Assembly (NCBI GenBank): GCA_963974965.1
Contig: CAXBEX010000004.1
Location: 21,978 to 85,977 of the forward strand
Reading direction: 5' to 3'
DNA: 64,000 nt
Source: an uncultured Colwellia sp.
Lineage (GTDB): Bacteria > Pseudomonadota > Gammaproteobacteria > Enterobacterales > Alteromonadaceae
Part shown: piece by piece, positions 39,514 through 48,812 of the stretch
How the letters are laid out: every line of letters starts with the position of its first letter
How positions within the stretch are numbered: the stretch's first letter is position 1
The notes under the pieces: generated by a model
What the model was told of the DNA's origin: nothing
The model's database searches: none
The model's input: the letters and a program-made list of their open reading frames with translations, nothing else
Position numbers and translations under genes: made by a program

Positions 39514-40470
39514 ATGATTCATATGAATAAAAAACCTACTATCTCTTTTATTATTCCAGCTTATAACGAAGAAAATTATTTACATGATACTTTAAGTAAA
39601 TTACACCAATTTGCACCTAACTGTCCGTACGAGGTTATTATTGTTGATAATGGCTCAACTGACAAGACTCGTAACATTGCCCTATCATTATCAGATAAAG
39701 TATTAGACTTCCCTGATGGACATATTTCGGCAGTTCGAAATCACGGAGTAAAGCATTCAGCAGGGGAAATACTTGTTTTTTTAGATGCCGATGTAAAACT
39801 GACTAAAGCATGGCAAGAGCATATTATTCAAACGGTAAACAACCTAAAAGAAAGCCCATTGCTCATTACTGGCTCAAGGTGTTTACCGCCACAAAATTCA
39901 AATAGTTTAAACTTACACTGGTTTAATTTACTCGTTGACAATAATTCAACAACTTACATTAATTCCGGACATTTAATCACTTCTAGATTGTTATTTGATA
40001 AAATTAATGGCTTTAACGAAGGTTTGCGTACCGCTGAAGATCATGATTTTTGTGTTAGAGCCAGCAAAAATGCTGCAACTATCAAACCTGTTCCCGCGTT
40101 AGAAGTTATTCATGAAGGTTATCCAACAACATATCGCCAATTTATAAAAAGAGAACGGTGGCAAGGGCGTGAAGACTTTAAAACATTAAACTCCTTATTA
40201 AAATCTAAAATAGGATTAATTGCTTGTTTACACCTGTTAATAACATTATTTACGGTTAGCTTCCTTGTGCAAGGGGATATAATAAACGGAGTTACTTCAT
40301 ATTTAGTCACAATGTCAATTTTAATGTTCGCATTAACATGTTATAAATTTCAAAAAACTCAAACTAAATCATTAGTTTTTAGCTCTTTTATCCATTATTT
40401 GTATATTATTGGTCGGACTATGGCCTTAATAGATAGAATAACATTTAGATATACAAATAAATTTAGGTAA
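39514..40470 (+). CDS. GT2 glycosyltransferase
   Basis: IIPAYNEE, VDNGSTD, FLDAD, AEDHDF; C-terminal TM helices. Confidence 0.9.
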   Translation: MIHMNKKPTISFIIPAYNEENYLHDTLSKLHQFAPNCPYEVIIVDNGSTDKTRNIALSLSDKVLDFPDGHISAVRNHGVKHSAGEILVFLDADVKLTKAWQEHIIQTVNNLKESPLLITGSRCLPPQNSNSLNLHWFNLLVDNNSTTYINSGHLITSRLLFDKINGFNEGLRTAEDHDFCVRASKNAATIKPVPALEVIHEGYPTTYRQFIKRERWQGREDFKTLNSLLKSKIGLIACLHLLITLFTVSFLVQGDIINGVTSYLVTMSILMFALTCYKFQKTQTKSLVFSSFIHYLYIIGRTMALIDRITFRYTNKFR

Positions 40471-40472
40471 TT

Positions 40473-41729
40473 ATGACTACATTCATCACATATACGACGC
40501 TAATTTCTTTCGCAATCATTGCTTATGTTTACATTGGTTATCCTCTGTTGCTGTATATTTTAACTTTGTTAACAAAAAAACGAGACAAGTTAATCGTATG
40601 TGATGACTTACCAACGGTTTCTCTTCTTATTTCCTGTTATAACGAAGAAGATGTATTGCCAGAAAAAATAGCAAATAGTCTCTCGATTGATTATCCAAAA
40701 GATAGATTAAGAATAGTCATCATTTCGGATGGTTCAGAGGATGAAACAGATAACATCGCAAAAAGTTTTACTCATGAGGGGGTTGAATTAATCAGGCAAG
40801 AAGGTCGATTAGGCAAAACATCTGCTATTAACCTTGCCATGAAAAAAGTCACCTCAGATATCGTTGTTTTTTCTGATGCTAATGCAATGTACAAGCCCGA
40901 TGCAGTGAAAAAATTAGTAAGAAATTTTACTGATAACGGTGTAGGCTATGTGGTTGGTGCTGCTATATATACCGACGGAAAAACAAGTGCAGCGGCAGCA
41001 AGCGAAGATATTTATTGGCAATATGAAATAAAACTAAAAATAATGGAAAGTAACTTGCACTCGGTTGTAGGTGGAGACGGTGCAATTTACGCCATTCGCC
41101 GAAATTTATTTATCAAGCTCGATCCAAAGGATATCAATGATTTTGTCAATCCTTTACAAATAATCGCTCAAGGCTACCGTGGTGTTTTTGACCACGAAGC
41201 AAACTGTTTAGAAGAAACCGCTGGCGATTTTTCTAAAGAAGCCAAAAGGAAACAACGAATAGTAAACAGAAGCTTTCGTGGCTTAATGAAAGTAAAAGAA
41301 GTGATGAACCCCTTTAAATATGGCTTTTTTAGCTTAGAGGTTATCTCGCACAAATTACTGCGTTGGCTTATTCCTGTTTTTATTGTTTGCTTCGCATTCG
41401 GCTCATTGTTTTTATCGTATGAAAATATGTTTATTTTTCAAATAATCACCTTCTTGGGTATCCTTTTCCTTTGGTTAGCTCAAATTGGATTTTTAAAATC
41501 TAAGAATAAGCAAATTTCACCCTTATTCTTTATTCCTTACTATTTTCTAATGGTAAATTATTACTCGCTATTAGGTGTTTTAACCGCACTCGCTGGCAAT
41601 ATTCAAGTGACATGGAGTACACCAAGGGCAGATGCACACAAAACCAAACGACTAACTAATACAACTGTTTTGATATTAATTATATTGAATGTTGTACTAT
41701 TAAAAATATTTAGTGATACATTAAGTTAA
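40473..41729 (+). CDS. GT2 (CESA-like) membrane glycosyltransferase
   Basis: ISCYNEE, SDGSED, FSDAN, GGDGAIYAIR, INDF, RKQRI; flanking TM helices. Confidence 0.88.
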   Translation: MTTFITYTTLISFAIIAYVYIGYPLLLYILTLLTKKRDKLIVCDDLPTVSLLISCYNEEDVLPEKIANSLSIDYPKDRLRIVIISDGSEDETDNIAKSFTHEGVELIRQEGRLGKTSAINLAMKKVTSDIVVFSDANAMYKPDAVKKLVRNFTDNGVGYVVGAAIYTDGKTSAAAASEDIYWQYEIKLKIMESNLHSVVGGDGAIYAIRRNLFIKLDPKDINDFVNPLQIIAQGYRGVFDHEANCLEETAGDFSKEAKRKQRIVNRSFRGLMKVKEVMNPFKYGFFSLEVISHKLLRWLIPVFIVCFAFGSLFLSYENMFIFQIITFLGILFLWLAQIGFLKSKNKQISPLFFIPYYFLMVNYYSLLGVLTALAGNIQVTWSTPRADAHKTKRLTNTTVLILIILNVVLLKIFSDTLS

Positions 41730-42331
41730 TGAGTTTGATAATAAAAATGAAGCTAACATTAAAGCTACTTTTCAGAAGTGTATTTATTCTTTGCGCATTA
41801 CCTTTTGCTGCCCTATTTTTTCTTAGTCCTGTTAGTCAAAAAAAATCAATTTTTACAGGATTATCACAATTTTATAGCTTAATTCCAGGTCGCTTAGGTA
41901 GTTATTTCCGTAATGCGTTTTATTATTTAACCATGAAATATTGTAGTAATAACGGCGTTATTTATTTTGGCACTTTATTTTCTGATCCTGACACTGAAAT
42001 CTATGACAATGTTTACATAGGGCCTCAATGTAATATAGGTAAATCCGTCATTGGAAAAAACACATTAATTGCCAGTGGAGTTCATATTCTGAGCGGTAAG
42101 AATCAACATAATTTTTCAGATTTAGACACACCTATTCAGCAACAAGGTGGTCTTTACCAGAAAGTTAGCATTGGTGAAGATTGTTGGATTGGCAATACTG
42201 CTGTCATAATGGCTAATGTAGGCAATAAGGCTATAATAGCGGCAGGTGCTGTTGTCGTAAATGATGTACCTGATTACGCTATTGTCGCCGGAAATCCGGC
42301 TAAAATATTAAAATTTCGAAAAACGCAATGA
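41729..42331 (+). CDS. Hexapeptide-repeat (left-handed beta-helix) O-acyltransferase
   Basis: IGEDCWIGNTAVIMANVGNKAIIAAGAVVVNDVPDYAIVAGNPA. Confidence 0.9.
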   Translation: MSLIIKMKLTLKLLFRSVFILCALPFAALFFLSPVSQKKSIFTGLSQFYSLIPGRLGSYFRNAFYYLTMKYCSNNGVIYFGTLFSDPDTEIYDNVYIGPQCNIGKSVIGKNTLIASGVHILSGKNQHNFSDLDTPIQQQGGLYQKVSIGEDCWIGNTAVIMANVGNKAIIAAGAVVVNDVPDYAIVAGNPAKILKFRKTQ

Positions 42332-43551
42332 CAATAATGTTTAAGCAAACGTCAATAAAAATTATCGCTAGAATCACCCTAGGTTTTGGTATTGCATTCG
42401 TTTTAGTAATGGTCTTTTTTCTTATATTTGATGACTTTCAAAGAAAAAGTCTTATTAAGTTAAGTTTCCCCAAAGCAATCATAAATCCAAACATTTCCTT
42501 AATTAAAGATGCAGGTAGAATTAATATTCCTGATAGTTTTAATCATATATATATATCTTCCGAAGAAGAGTTCCTTAGTCAACTAAGTAACATAAATAGA
42601 GATCAAACTCAAAAAAAAGGCAATGCTTTTGTTTTTAATGATGGTAGTTATACCTTTACTAATACCGTTGTTATTAATTCGCCTAATACTATTATCACTT
42701 CATTTTCTGGAAATCCTAAAAAAGTAATCATAAATGGCAATGGTATGATTAAAAGAACAAGAGTAGAGAATATATTTGAAGTGCATGCAAATGGCTTCAT
42801 TTTAGACAGTGTAACATTACAAGAAGCCGGGAATCACTTAATCCAAATAAGAGGAGAGAAAGGCGCTAATTTCCCTATAATAAGAAACTGTATTTTACAG
42901 AACTCCTACGAACAATTAATTAAAGTAACCTATGACAAAAAAAGGGATATGACTTCAAAATCTGGTTTCATAGAAAACTGTACTTTACAATATACAGCAG
43001 GAATTGGACCGAATTTTTATATCGGAGGAATAGATGCACATGGTATTCAAAACTGGGTTATTAAAAACAATTTATTTAAATATATAGCGAGCCCAGCAGA
43101 TAAAGTCGCAGAGCATGCTATTCACCTTTGGAAAGACTCAATTAATAACTCGGTTCAAGGTAATATAATAATTGATTCAGATAGGGGAATTGGCTTTGGT
43201 TTAGGTAGAGATAAAAATAAAGATTTTTCAAATTATGGTGGCGTAATCAAAGATAACTATATTTACCACTCGAACAATAAAAACCAATATTCTGACACAG
43301 GAATTTCCCTTGAAAGCAGCCCATACACATTAATAAAAGCAAATTATATATTCTTAGAGCATGATTACCCTAGATCAATAGAGTACCGATTCGCCAAAAC
43401 ATTTGATGCAAAAATTATTAGTAATTTTACTAACAAATCTATTCAAGGAATGAACGGAGGTAATGCCGTAATGCATTCAAATAAAACAAACCTTAATAAA
43501 ATTGATTTCTTATATTTACTTAACGAGAAAATGAAGAATATTATAAAATAG
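42328..43551 (+). CDS. Membrane-anchored right-handed parallel beta-helix (pectate-lyase-like) protein
   Basis: N-terminal TM anchor; Asn/Ile-rich PbH1-like rungs (IRNCIL, IENCTL, IKNNLF, VQGNII, IKDNYI). Confidence 0.65.
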   Translation: MTIMFKQTSIKIIARITLGFGIAFVLVMVFFLIFDDFQRKSLIKLSFPKAIINPNISLIKDAGRINIPDSFNHIYISSEEEFLSQLSNINRDQTQKKGNAFVFNDGSYTFTNTVVINSPNTIITSFSGNPKKVIINGNGMIKRTRVENIFEVHANGFILDSVTLQEAGNHLIQIRGEKGANFPIIRNCILQNSYEQLIKVTYDKKRDMTSKSGFIENCTLQYTAGIGPNFYIGGIDAHGIQNWVIKNNLFKYIASPADKVAEHAIHLWKDSINNSVQGNIIIDSDRGIGFGLGRDKNKDFSNYGGVIKDNYIYHSNNKNQYSDTGISLESSPYTLIKANYIFLEHDYPRSIEYRFAKTFDAKIISNFTNKSIQGMNGGNAVMHSNKTNLNKIDFLYLLNEKMKNIIK

Positions 43552-43553
43552 CT

Positions 43554-43711
43554 ATTGATGATGGGTGCTGGATTGGCAATACAGGGGTGATCATGGCAAG
43601 CGTAGGCGATAAAACCATTGTTCCTTTAGTCTCTTTCGTTGTATCCGAAATACCTAAATATGCAATTGCGGTAAGTAAGCCAGCAAAATTTTAAATTTTC
43701 GTAAATCATAA
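43554..43711 (+). pseudogene. Frameshifted relic of a hexapeptide acyltransferase C-terminus (paralog of 41729-42331)
   Basis: IDDGCWIGNTGVIMASVGDKTIVPLVSFVVSEIPKYAIAVSKPAK then, after a 1-nt shift, ILNFRKS*. Aligns with IGEDCWIGNTAVIMANVGNK...NPAKILKFRKTQ*. No start codon. Confidence 0.8.
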
Positions 43712-44100
43712 AGTTGTAAGAGACTCTCTGAAAAAAGAATGATTGCCTCTTACTTGTTAAGTATTAAATGGGCGTTTTTGAAAAGTATTTTAGAGCACTA
43801 TTACCAAGATTGGTGATTTTTATAAAAATTTAAAGGTTTTCTTAAACCTCACTCAAACTTAGGTTATCTGTTTTTCAAGGACCCAAACATTTATAAATTG
43901 ACTAATCTGGGCACTTAAGTTAAAAATAATAACAATTCTATGCGTGAAATTAAGGCGCTCACTATAGAGATGAAATCGAATTTTTCATTAATCAAAATAT
44001 GTAACAGATTTTTTAAATTTTAGTGAAAAGTAAAGCTAGACTATTTATTAAACCAACGTTGAATTCCTTTGCATGACATAACACGGATTATAAAAACAAA

Positions 44101-45945
44101 ATGTTTGAATTAGAAGTTGATAACGCAAAAAAAAGTATAGTTTTTCTCCCTAAAAATATCTTACGTGAATTTGAAAAACACACTGTCAATCATAGTAACA
44201 TTTCTGGCGCTGTACTTACTCAGTGGGAAGAGCATTGTACAGAATGTGCTGCGCCATCTTGCTACAATACATGTGAATTATACGAATCAAGACCCGATGG
44301 ACGGTGCCGTAGATTTAAAGATGGCATAGAGTTGTATCATAATAAGAGAAATGATTTAGAGTCAATTGTCCGAATTGAATTTAAGAAATGGGCATCATTA
44401 TTAACACAAACAAATCAAAATTCAATTCCACTAAATACAATCATTCCTACCGAAAAAAAGGCAAGAAAATTAGAATTGTTGTCTTCTTTTTCACCACTCA
44501 ATTCTTTAACCGTATTGGGTAGAAAAGGACTCCCAATACGGTTAATTAGAAGAATGAAAACATCACTTAAAAATAATGAATCAACAAAAACTAAACCTTA
44601 TCAATTGAGTGATTATTTTATTTTTGAATTGATTAACGATGAAAAATTTTCATTTTCTATAACATTATCAAACCGCGCTTTAAGTGGGAATAAAAACCAA
44701 ACACCTTACCAGAAAAAGCTTGACGTATTGCCCGGTTACAATAAATTTAAGATTCAAACCTCAGAAATGGCTCCATTTATCAATTTAGGTGAAGAAAATC
44801 ATGTGACTTTGACACCTAACATTGATAATTGCAGTAAAGATACCGTAGTTGTTTATATTCGTGATTTCGGTTTTTATTCAGAATTATCCGCATGTAAACC
44901 AGTAAAAGTACTTGTATGGGACTTAGATAATACGTTATGGGATGGCATTTTAGTTGAAGATGAAGTCGAAAATGTTTTCTTGAAAAAAAGTATTATCAAA
45001 GTATTGAAAACTTTAGATCAACGTGGGATTGTATGCTCTATTGCTAGTAAAAATGACTATGACAACGCATGGAAAAAATTAACAGACTTGGGGATATCTC
45101 AGTACTTTTTGTTTCCACAGATCAACTGGGGGCCAAAGAGTCAGTCTATTAAGCAGATTGCGACTGATTTCAATGTAAATATTGATACCATTGCATTTAT
45201 CGATGATTCAGAATTCGAACGTAAAGAAGTTTCAGATTCTTGTTCACAGTTAAGAATTTATCATGATGCACAATATTTGGAGATTTTGGAAAAAGATGAG
45301 TTTAATCCTGAATTATCATCTGAATCATCCAGACGTAGAGAGTTCTATACTAATCAAAAAGCTAGAAAAAACGCTGTGTCCGATTTTCCAGGCGATTATA
45401 TGGCATTTTTAAAGCAATGCGACATGCATGTACATATGATAACTAATCTATTGCCTCACATTGATAGGGTTCATGAGTTAAGCCAACGAACAAATCAAAT
45501 GAACTTCTCTACTATGCGATATACTAAAGAAGAAATAAGATCGTTTATTACTAACCCTGAAAAATTTTCATTTGCAATGCAAGCAAAAGATAATTTTGGT
45601 GATTATGGAATCGTAGGTTTTGCAGTATTTGACATCAAAAAAAGCTTATTAGAAGACTTAATGTTCAGTTGTCGAGTGCAATCGAAAAAAGTAGAGCATG
45701 AAGTATTATTGTGGCTTATTAGGAAAGCCAAAATTGACTTTTCCATTAAAAAGATTCTAGCTTCTTATAAACCTACGGAGAAAAATACGCAATCAGGTAA
45801 AGTATTTGATGATTTACACTTCTCAACAATATCATACAAATCTGGTATTAAAACACTTGAGTACCCAATAGACCAAAGTGATGCACCATTAGGCGTACTT
45901 ACTATTACAACTGAAGATAAAATTGGCCCCTCTAATGAAAAATAA
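44101..45945 (+). CDS. FkbH-like HAD-IIIC phosphatase/glyceryl transferase with Cys-rich N-terminal domain
   Basis: VWDLDNTLWDG, SIASKND, INWGPKS, FIDDS.FER, RTNQMN, DNFGDYG, FSCRV; N-terminal CTECAAPSCYNTC. Confidence 0.85.
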   Translation: MFELEVDNAKKSIVFLPKNILREFEKHTVNHSNISGAVLTQWEEHCTECAAPSCYNTCELYESRPDGRCRRFKDGIELYHNKRNDLESIVRIEFKKWASLLTQTNQNSIPLNTIIPTEKKARKLELLSSFSPLNSLTVLGRKGLPIRLIRRMKTSLKNNESTKTKPYQLSDYFIFELINDEKFSFSITLSNRALSGNKNQTPYQKKLDVLPGYNKFKIQTSEMAPFINLGEENHVTLTPNIDNCSKDTVVVYIRDFGFYSELSACKPVKVLVWDLDNTLWDGILVEDEVENVFLKKSIIKVLKTLDQRGIVCSIASKNDYDNAWKKLTDLGISQYFLFPQINWGPKSQSIKQIATDFNVNIDTIAFIDDSEFERKEVSDSCSQLRIYHDAQYLEILEKDEFNPELSSESSRRREFYTNQKARKNAVSDFPGDYMAFLKQCDMHVHMITNLLPHIDRVHELSQRTNQMNFSTMRYTKEEIRSFITNPEKFSFAMQAKDNFGDYGIVGFAVFDIKKSLLEDLMFSCRVQSKKVEHEVLLWLIRKAKIDFSIKKILASYKPTEKNTQSGKVFDDLHFSTISYKSGIKTLEYPIDQSDAPLGVLTITTEDKIGPSNEK

Positions 45946-46687
45946 GTTAAAATGTTTATTATTAGAAAAAATTATTTTCCCAAAAGGGTTTTCGATACAA
46001 TTAAACCAGGCGATTGTAAGTTTTACTTTTGATGATATCCCATATTCATCAATCAGTAATGGCGCTAAAATTTTAGAAAAATTTGGTCACAGGGGAACTT
46101 TTTATATTTCAACAAGTGCCATGAATAAATCTTATTTAGGAGAAGCTTTTGCGACTGAAAAAGATTTAACAATGTTGCATAAAACCAATCATGATATTCA
46201 GTGTCATACTAAGAGCCACACTTCTTTTAATACTATTTCAGCTCAAACAGCTGCGGAAGATTGTGAAGATAATAGGGCAATATTAAAAAATATAGTAAAT
46301 AAGGAAATTACTCATTTTTCATACCCCTTGGGGCAAACTGGTTTTCTAGCCAAAAGGCATATGCAAAAAAATTATTTGACTTCCCGTTCTACTCAGGCGG
46401 GGCTTAATTATGACGCAGTAGATCTGTCTTTCCTCAGAGCAAATGCTATTTATTCAAAAACCTTTAATAAAAAAGATGTTGACCAGTTGATTTCTGACGC
46501 AATTAATAACAATGCATGGTTAATCTTCTATACTCATGACATAAAGGCGTCTCCGACGGATTACGGTGCAACAATAGATGAGTTTGAATATGTGGTGGAA
46601 CAATGCCATAATAGAATTGGTCAAATAGAAACTATTGAACGCGCGTACAAAAAAATCATCAATAACGCCAATCATATAAAGAAGTAG
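45935..46687 (+). CDS. Polysaccharide deacetylase (CE4/NodB)
   Basis: SFTFDD, IQCHTKSH, HFSYPLG, LIFYTHD. ATG 45935 preferred. Confidence 0.82.
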   Translation: MKNKLKCLLLEKIIFPKGFSIQLNQAIVSFTFDDIPYSSISNGAKILEKFGHRGTFYISTSAMNKSYLGEAFATEKDLTMLHKTNHDIQCHTKSHTSFNTISAQTAAEDCEDNRAILKNIVNKEITHFSYPLGQTGFLAKRHMQKNYLTSRSTQAGLNYDAVDLSFLRANAIYSKTFNKKDVDQLISDAINNNAWLIFYTHDIKASPTDYGATIDEFEYVVEQCHNRIGQIETIERAYKKIINNANHIKK

Positions 46688-46733
46688 CTTAATACTTCAG
46701 ATATTTTAACCATTTAATCTCTAAGGTAATATC

Positions 46734-48590
46734 ATGCTTCATAAAACGTTTTATATAATTATTATATTTCTCTGTTTAATGACTTTAGGTTGTGGAGACA
46801 GCTCTAAAGACAATATTGAGGTGAAAATTAAAAATGATGTACCATTGAGTCTACCCCCTCCTTTTTTAGCCTTTACTGACTTAATATCTGGTCCTTCTAC
46901 AGGAATTGCGGATGGCTTAGGTAGTGGTGTTATTGTTACAGCTTGGGGGTTCAATCTTGGTTCAGATCAAGGGGAATCATCTGTTGAATATTGTGATAAT
47001 AAGAATAACTGCCAATCAGCTGCCCACATTTATTACTGGAAAAATGCTGATGGAAAATTACCAAGTGGTCCAGCAAACTTATATGAATCTCATGGTATGC
47101 AGGAAATTAGTTTCTCTATTCCTGAATCAGAAGAAGGTCTCGGGACAATAAAATTAAAAACGAGCAATGGAGAAACATCCATCGCTTTTACTGTTCGTCC
47201 AGGGCAGGTTTATCATGTAAAGAATAGTGGCAATGACCAAACAGGTGATGGTTCATTTAACAACCCTTGGTTAACTATAGCCAATGCTGACAAAATCATT
47301 AATGCAGGTTCAACTTTATATGTGCACAACATTACCACTGGCGATGAGAATACATCACTGGTAATTTACAATAATAGGTTAGAAGCAATGAGCAATTTGG
47401 AGGCTCAATTTTCTTATGTTGCCTACCCAAACACAAGACCAGAAGCTATAGGTGAGCGTGTGTTTTCCACTTACACGGGAAGTAAGAATATGACATCAGG
47501 CTTTGTTCTTTCTAAATTTTCAATTTATGCAGCCGAAGCTGATGAAGATGAGAATAATCAACCTGTAAATGTGAGAGCAAATGTATCTTTCGGTATAGAG
47601 GGAACTCGTGATGGTAGGGCAATAGGCAACTACATCACTGATGCTCATCCAAGCGATTTAACAGGTGCATGCCCCGATGCGCAGCAAGCTGCAATTACAG
47701 CTAGCTCTCAAGGCTCTGACAAAGTATCTAATTTCAAAATATTTGGGAATCATATTGAGAATTATGGTTGCAACGGTACAACTCGTTTTCAACATACAAC
47801 ATACCTAACAATAAGAAGTGCCCAAAATAATGAACAGCTTATTGCTCCTGAAATGGCTTGGAACTATCTACAAGATAATAAAGCATCTTCTGGTTTACAT
47901 TATTTTGATGAAAATTATAACGGTGAAGAATGTGGGCAATTTACAACCACTGTCAAAATACACGATAATATAGTTATTAACCAATCAGGGCCTGCAATAT
48001 CATTTGGTGCCAACTGTCCGGTAAATACAACATTTGAGTATTACAATAATATTGCAATTAATGTTGGTCTAAAAGCCGATTTTGATGACATCACAACAAA
48101 TGGATCTGAAAATAGCGCCGTTACAATCGCCATTGGGCATCCAAATGTCACCGCCAAGTTAAACTTTAATAACAATATATTTTATACATGGAGTGCAGAT
48201 AATCAACAAGAATATTCAATGGCCTGTATTGGCTTAAGAGCAAGCTATGATAATGCTGTTATCAATTGGGATAGCAATATATGCTATACACAAACCGACT
48301 TGTCTTTCATCCGAAGTAATTATCAAGGTGATAGTATGGAAAGTAAATTTTCCGGTGAAAATAACGTCTGGTTTAGTGAAGTAATTTTCCCTTTTAACGC
48401 AATTCCACCCGCTTGGGATGTATCTCCTATTCTGATTGATCCAATGATATCGTTTATAGGCTCCAAAATAAAAGTACAAGATAATTCTCCGTTAAAGAGG
48501 CAAAGTCAAACTCCTTTATTGAGAGATATTTATGGTCAGTTACGCACTATCCCTTCAACGGTTGGTGCAGTACAATTTATTGAAAATTAA
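46734..48590 (+). CDS. Lipoprotein with IPT/TIG-like domain and beta-helix region
   Basis: Lipobox TLGC; AFTDLISGP..G.GVIVTAWG.N.G (IPT-like); GNDQTGDGS.NNPW.TI motif; Asn-rich rungs. Confidence 0.6.
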   Translation: MLHKTFYIIIIFLCLMTLGCGDSSKDNIEVKIKNDVPLSLPPPFLAFTDLISGPSTGIADGLGSGVIVTAWGFNLGSDQGESSVEYCDNKNNCQSAAHIYYWKNADGKLPSGPANLYESHGMQEISFSIPESEEGLGTIKLKTSNGETSIAFTVRPGQVYHVKNSGNDQTGDGSFNNPWLTIANADKIINAGSTLYVHNITTGDENTSLVIYNNRLEAMSNLEAQFSYVAYPNTRPEAIGERVFSTYTGSKNMTSGFVLSKFSIYAAEADEDENNQPVNVRANVSFGIEGTRDGRAIGNYITDAHPSDLTGACPDAQQAAITASSQGSDKVSNFKIFGNHIENYGCNGTTRFQHTTYLTIRSAQNNEQLIAPEMAWNYLQDNKASSGLHYFDENYNGEECGQFTTTVKIHDNIVINQSGPAISFGANCPVNTTFEYYNNIAINVGLKADFDDITTNGSENSAVTIAIGHPNVTAKLNFNNNIFYTWSADNQQEYSMACIGLRASYDNAVINWDSNICYTQTDLSFIRSNYQGDSMESKFSGENNVWFSEVIFPFNAIPPAWDVSPILIDPMISFIGSKIKVQDNSPLKRQSQTPLLRDIYGQLRTIPSTVGAVQFIEN

Positions 48591-48812
48591 TAAGAGAGCA
48601 AGCTGCATCCCCCTCGGTCACCCATTAGAAAACTCAGGTCAAGAGGCAAAGCTATATTCCTTGATCTTTTAATCAAGTATTTTTAGCCTACAGGCTGTGA
48701 AGGTCTTTACCCAGTCGGACGCGTTACAAAAAGAGCTAGATGATATTATGATACCAATGATTTTGAAAGGGTGTCTGCATAACAAGTAGATTACCAAGTG
48801 ATAAAAATAACT

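Noticed and set aside
44101-45945. Polyketide/NRPS biosynthetic cluster implied by FkbH
   Set aside because: No KS, condensation, adenylation-PCP or ACP genes in the window; neighbours are polysaccharide-modifying genes.
48610-48660. c-di-GMP-I riboswitch (GCAAAGCTA-like motif)
   Set aside because: Lacks the GGCAAAC-stem-GNRA-GACGCAAAGC arrangement and is not upstream of a gene.
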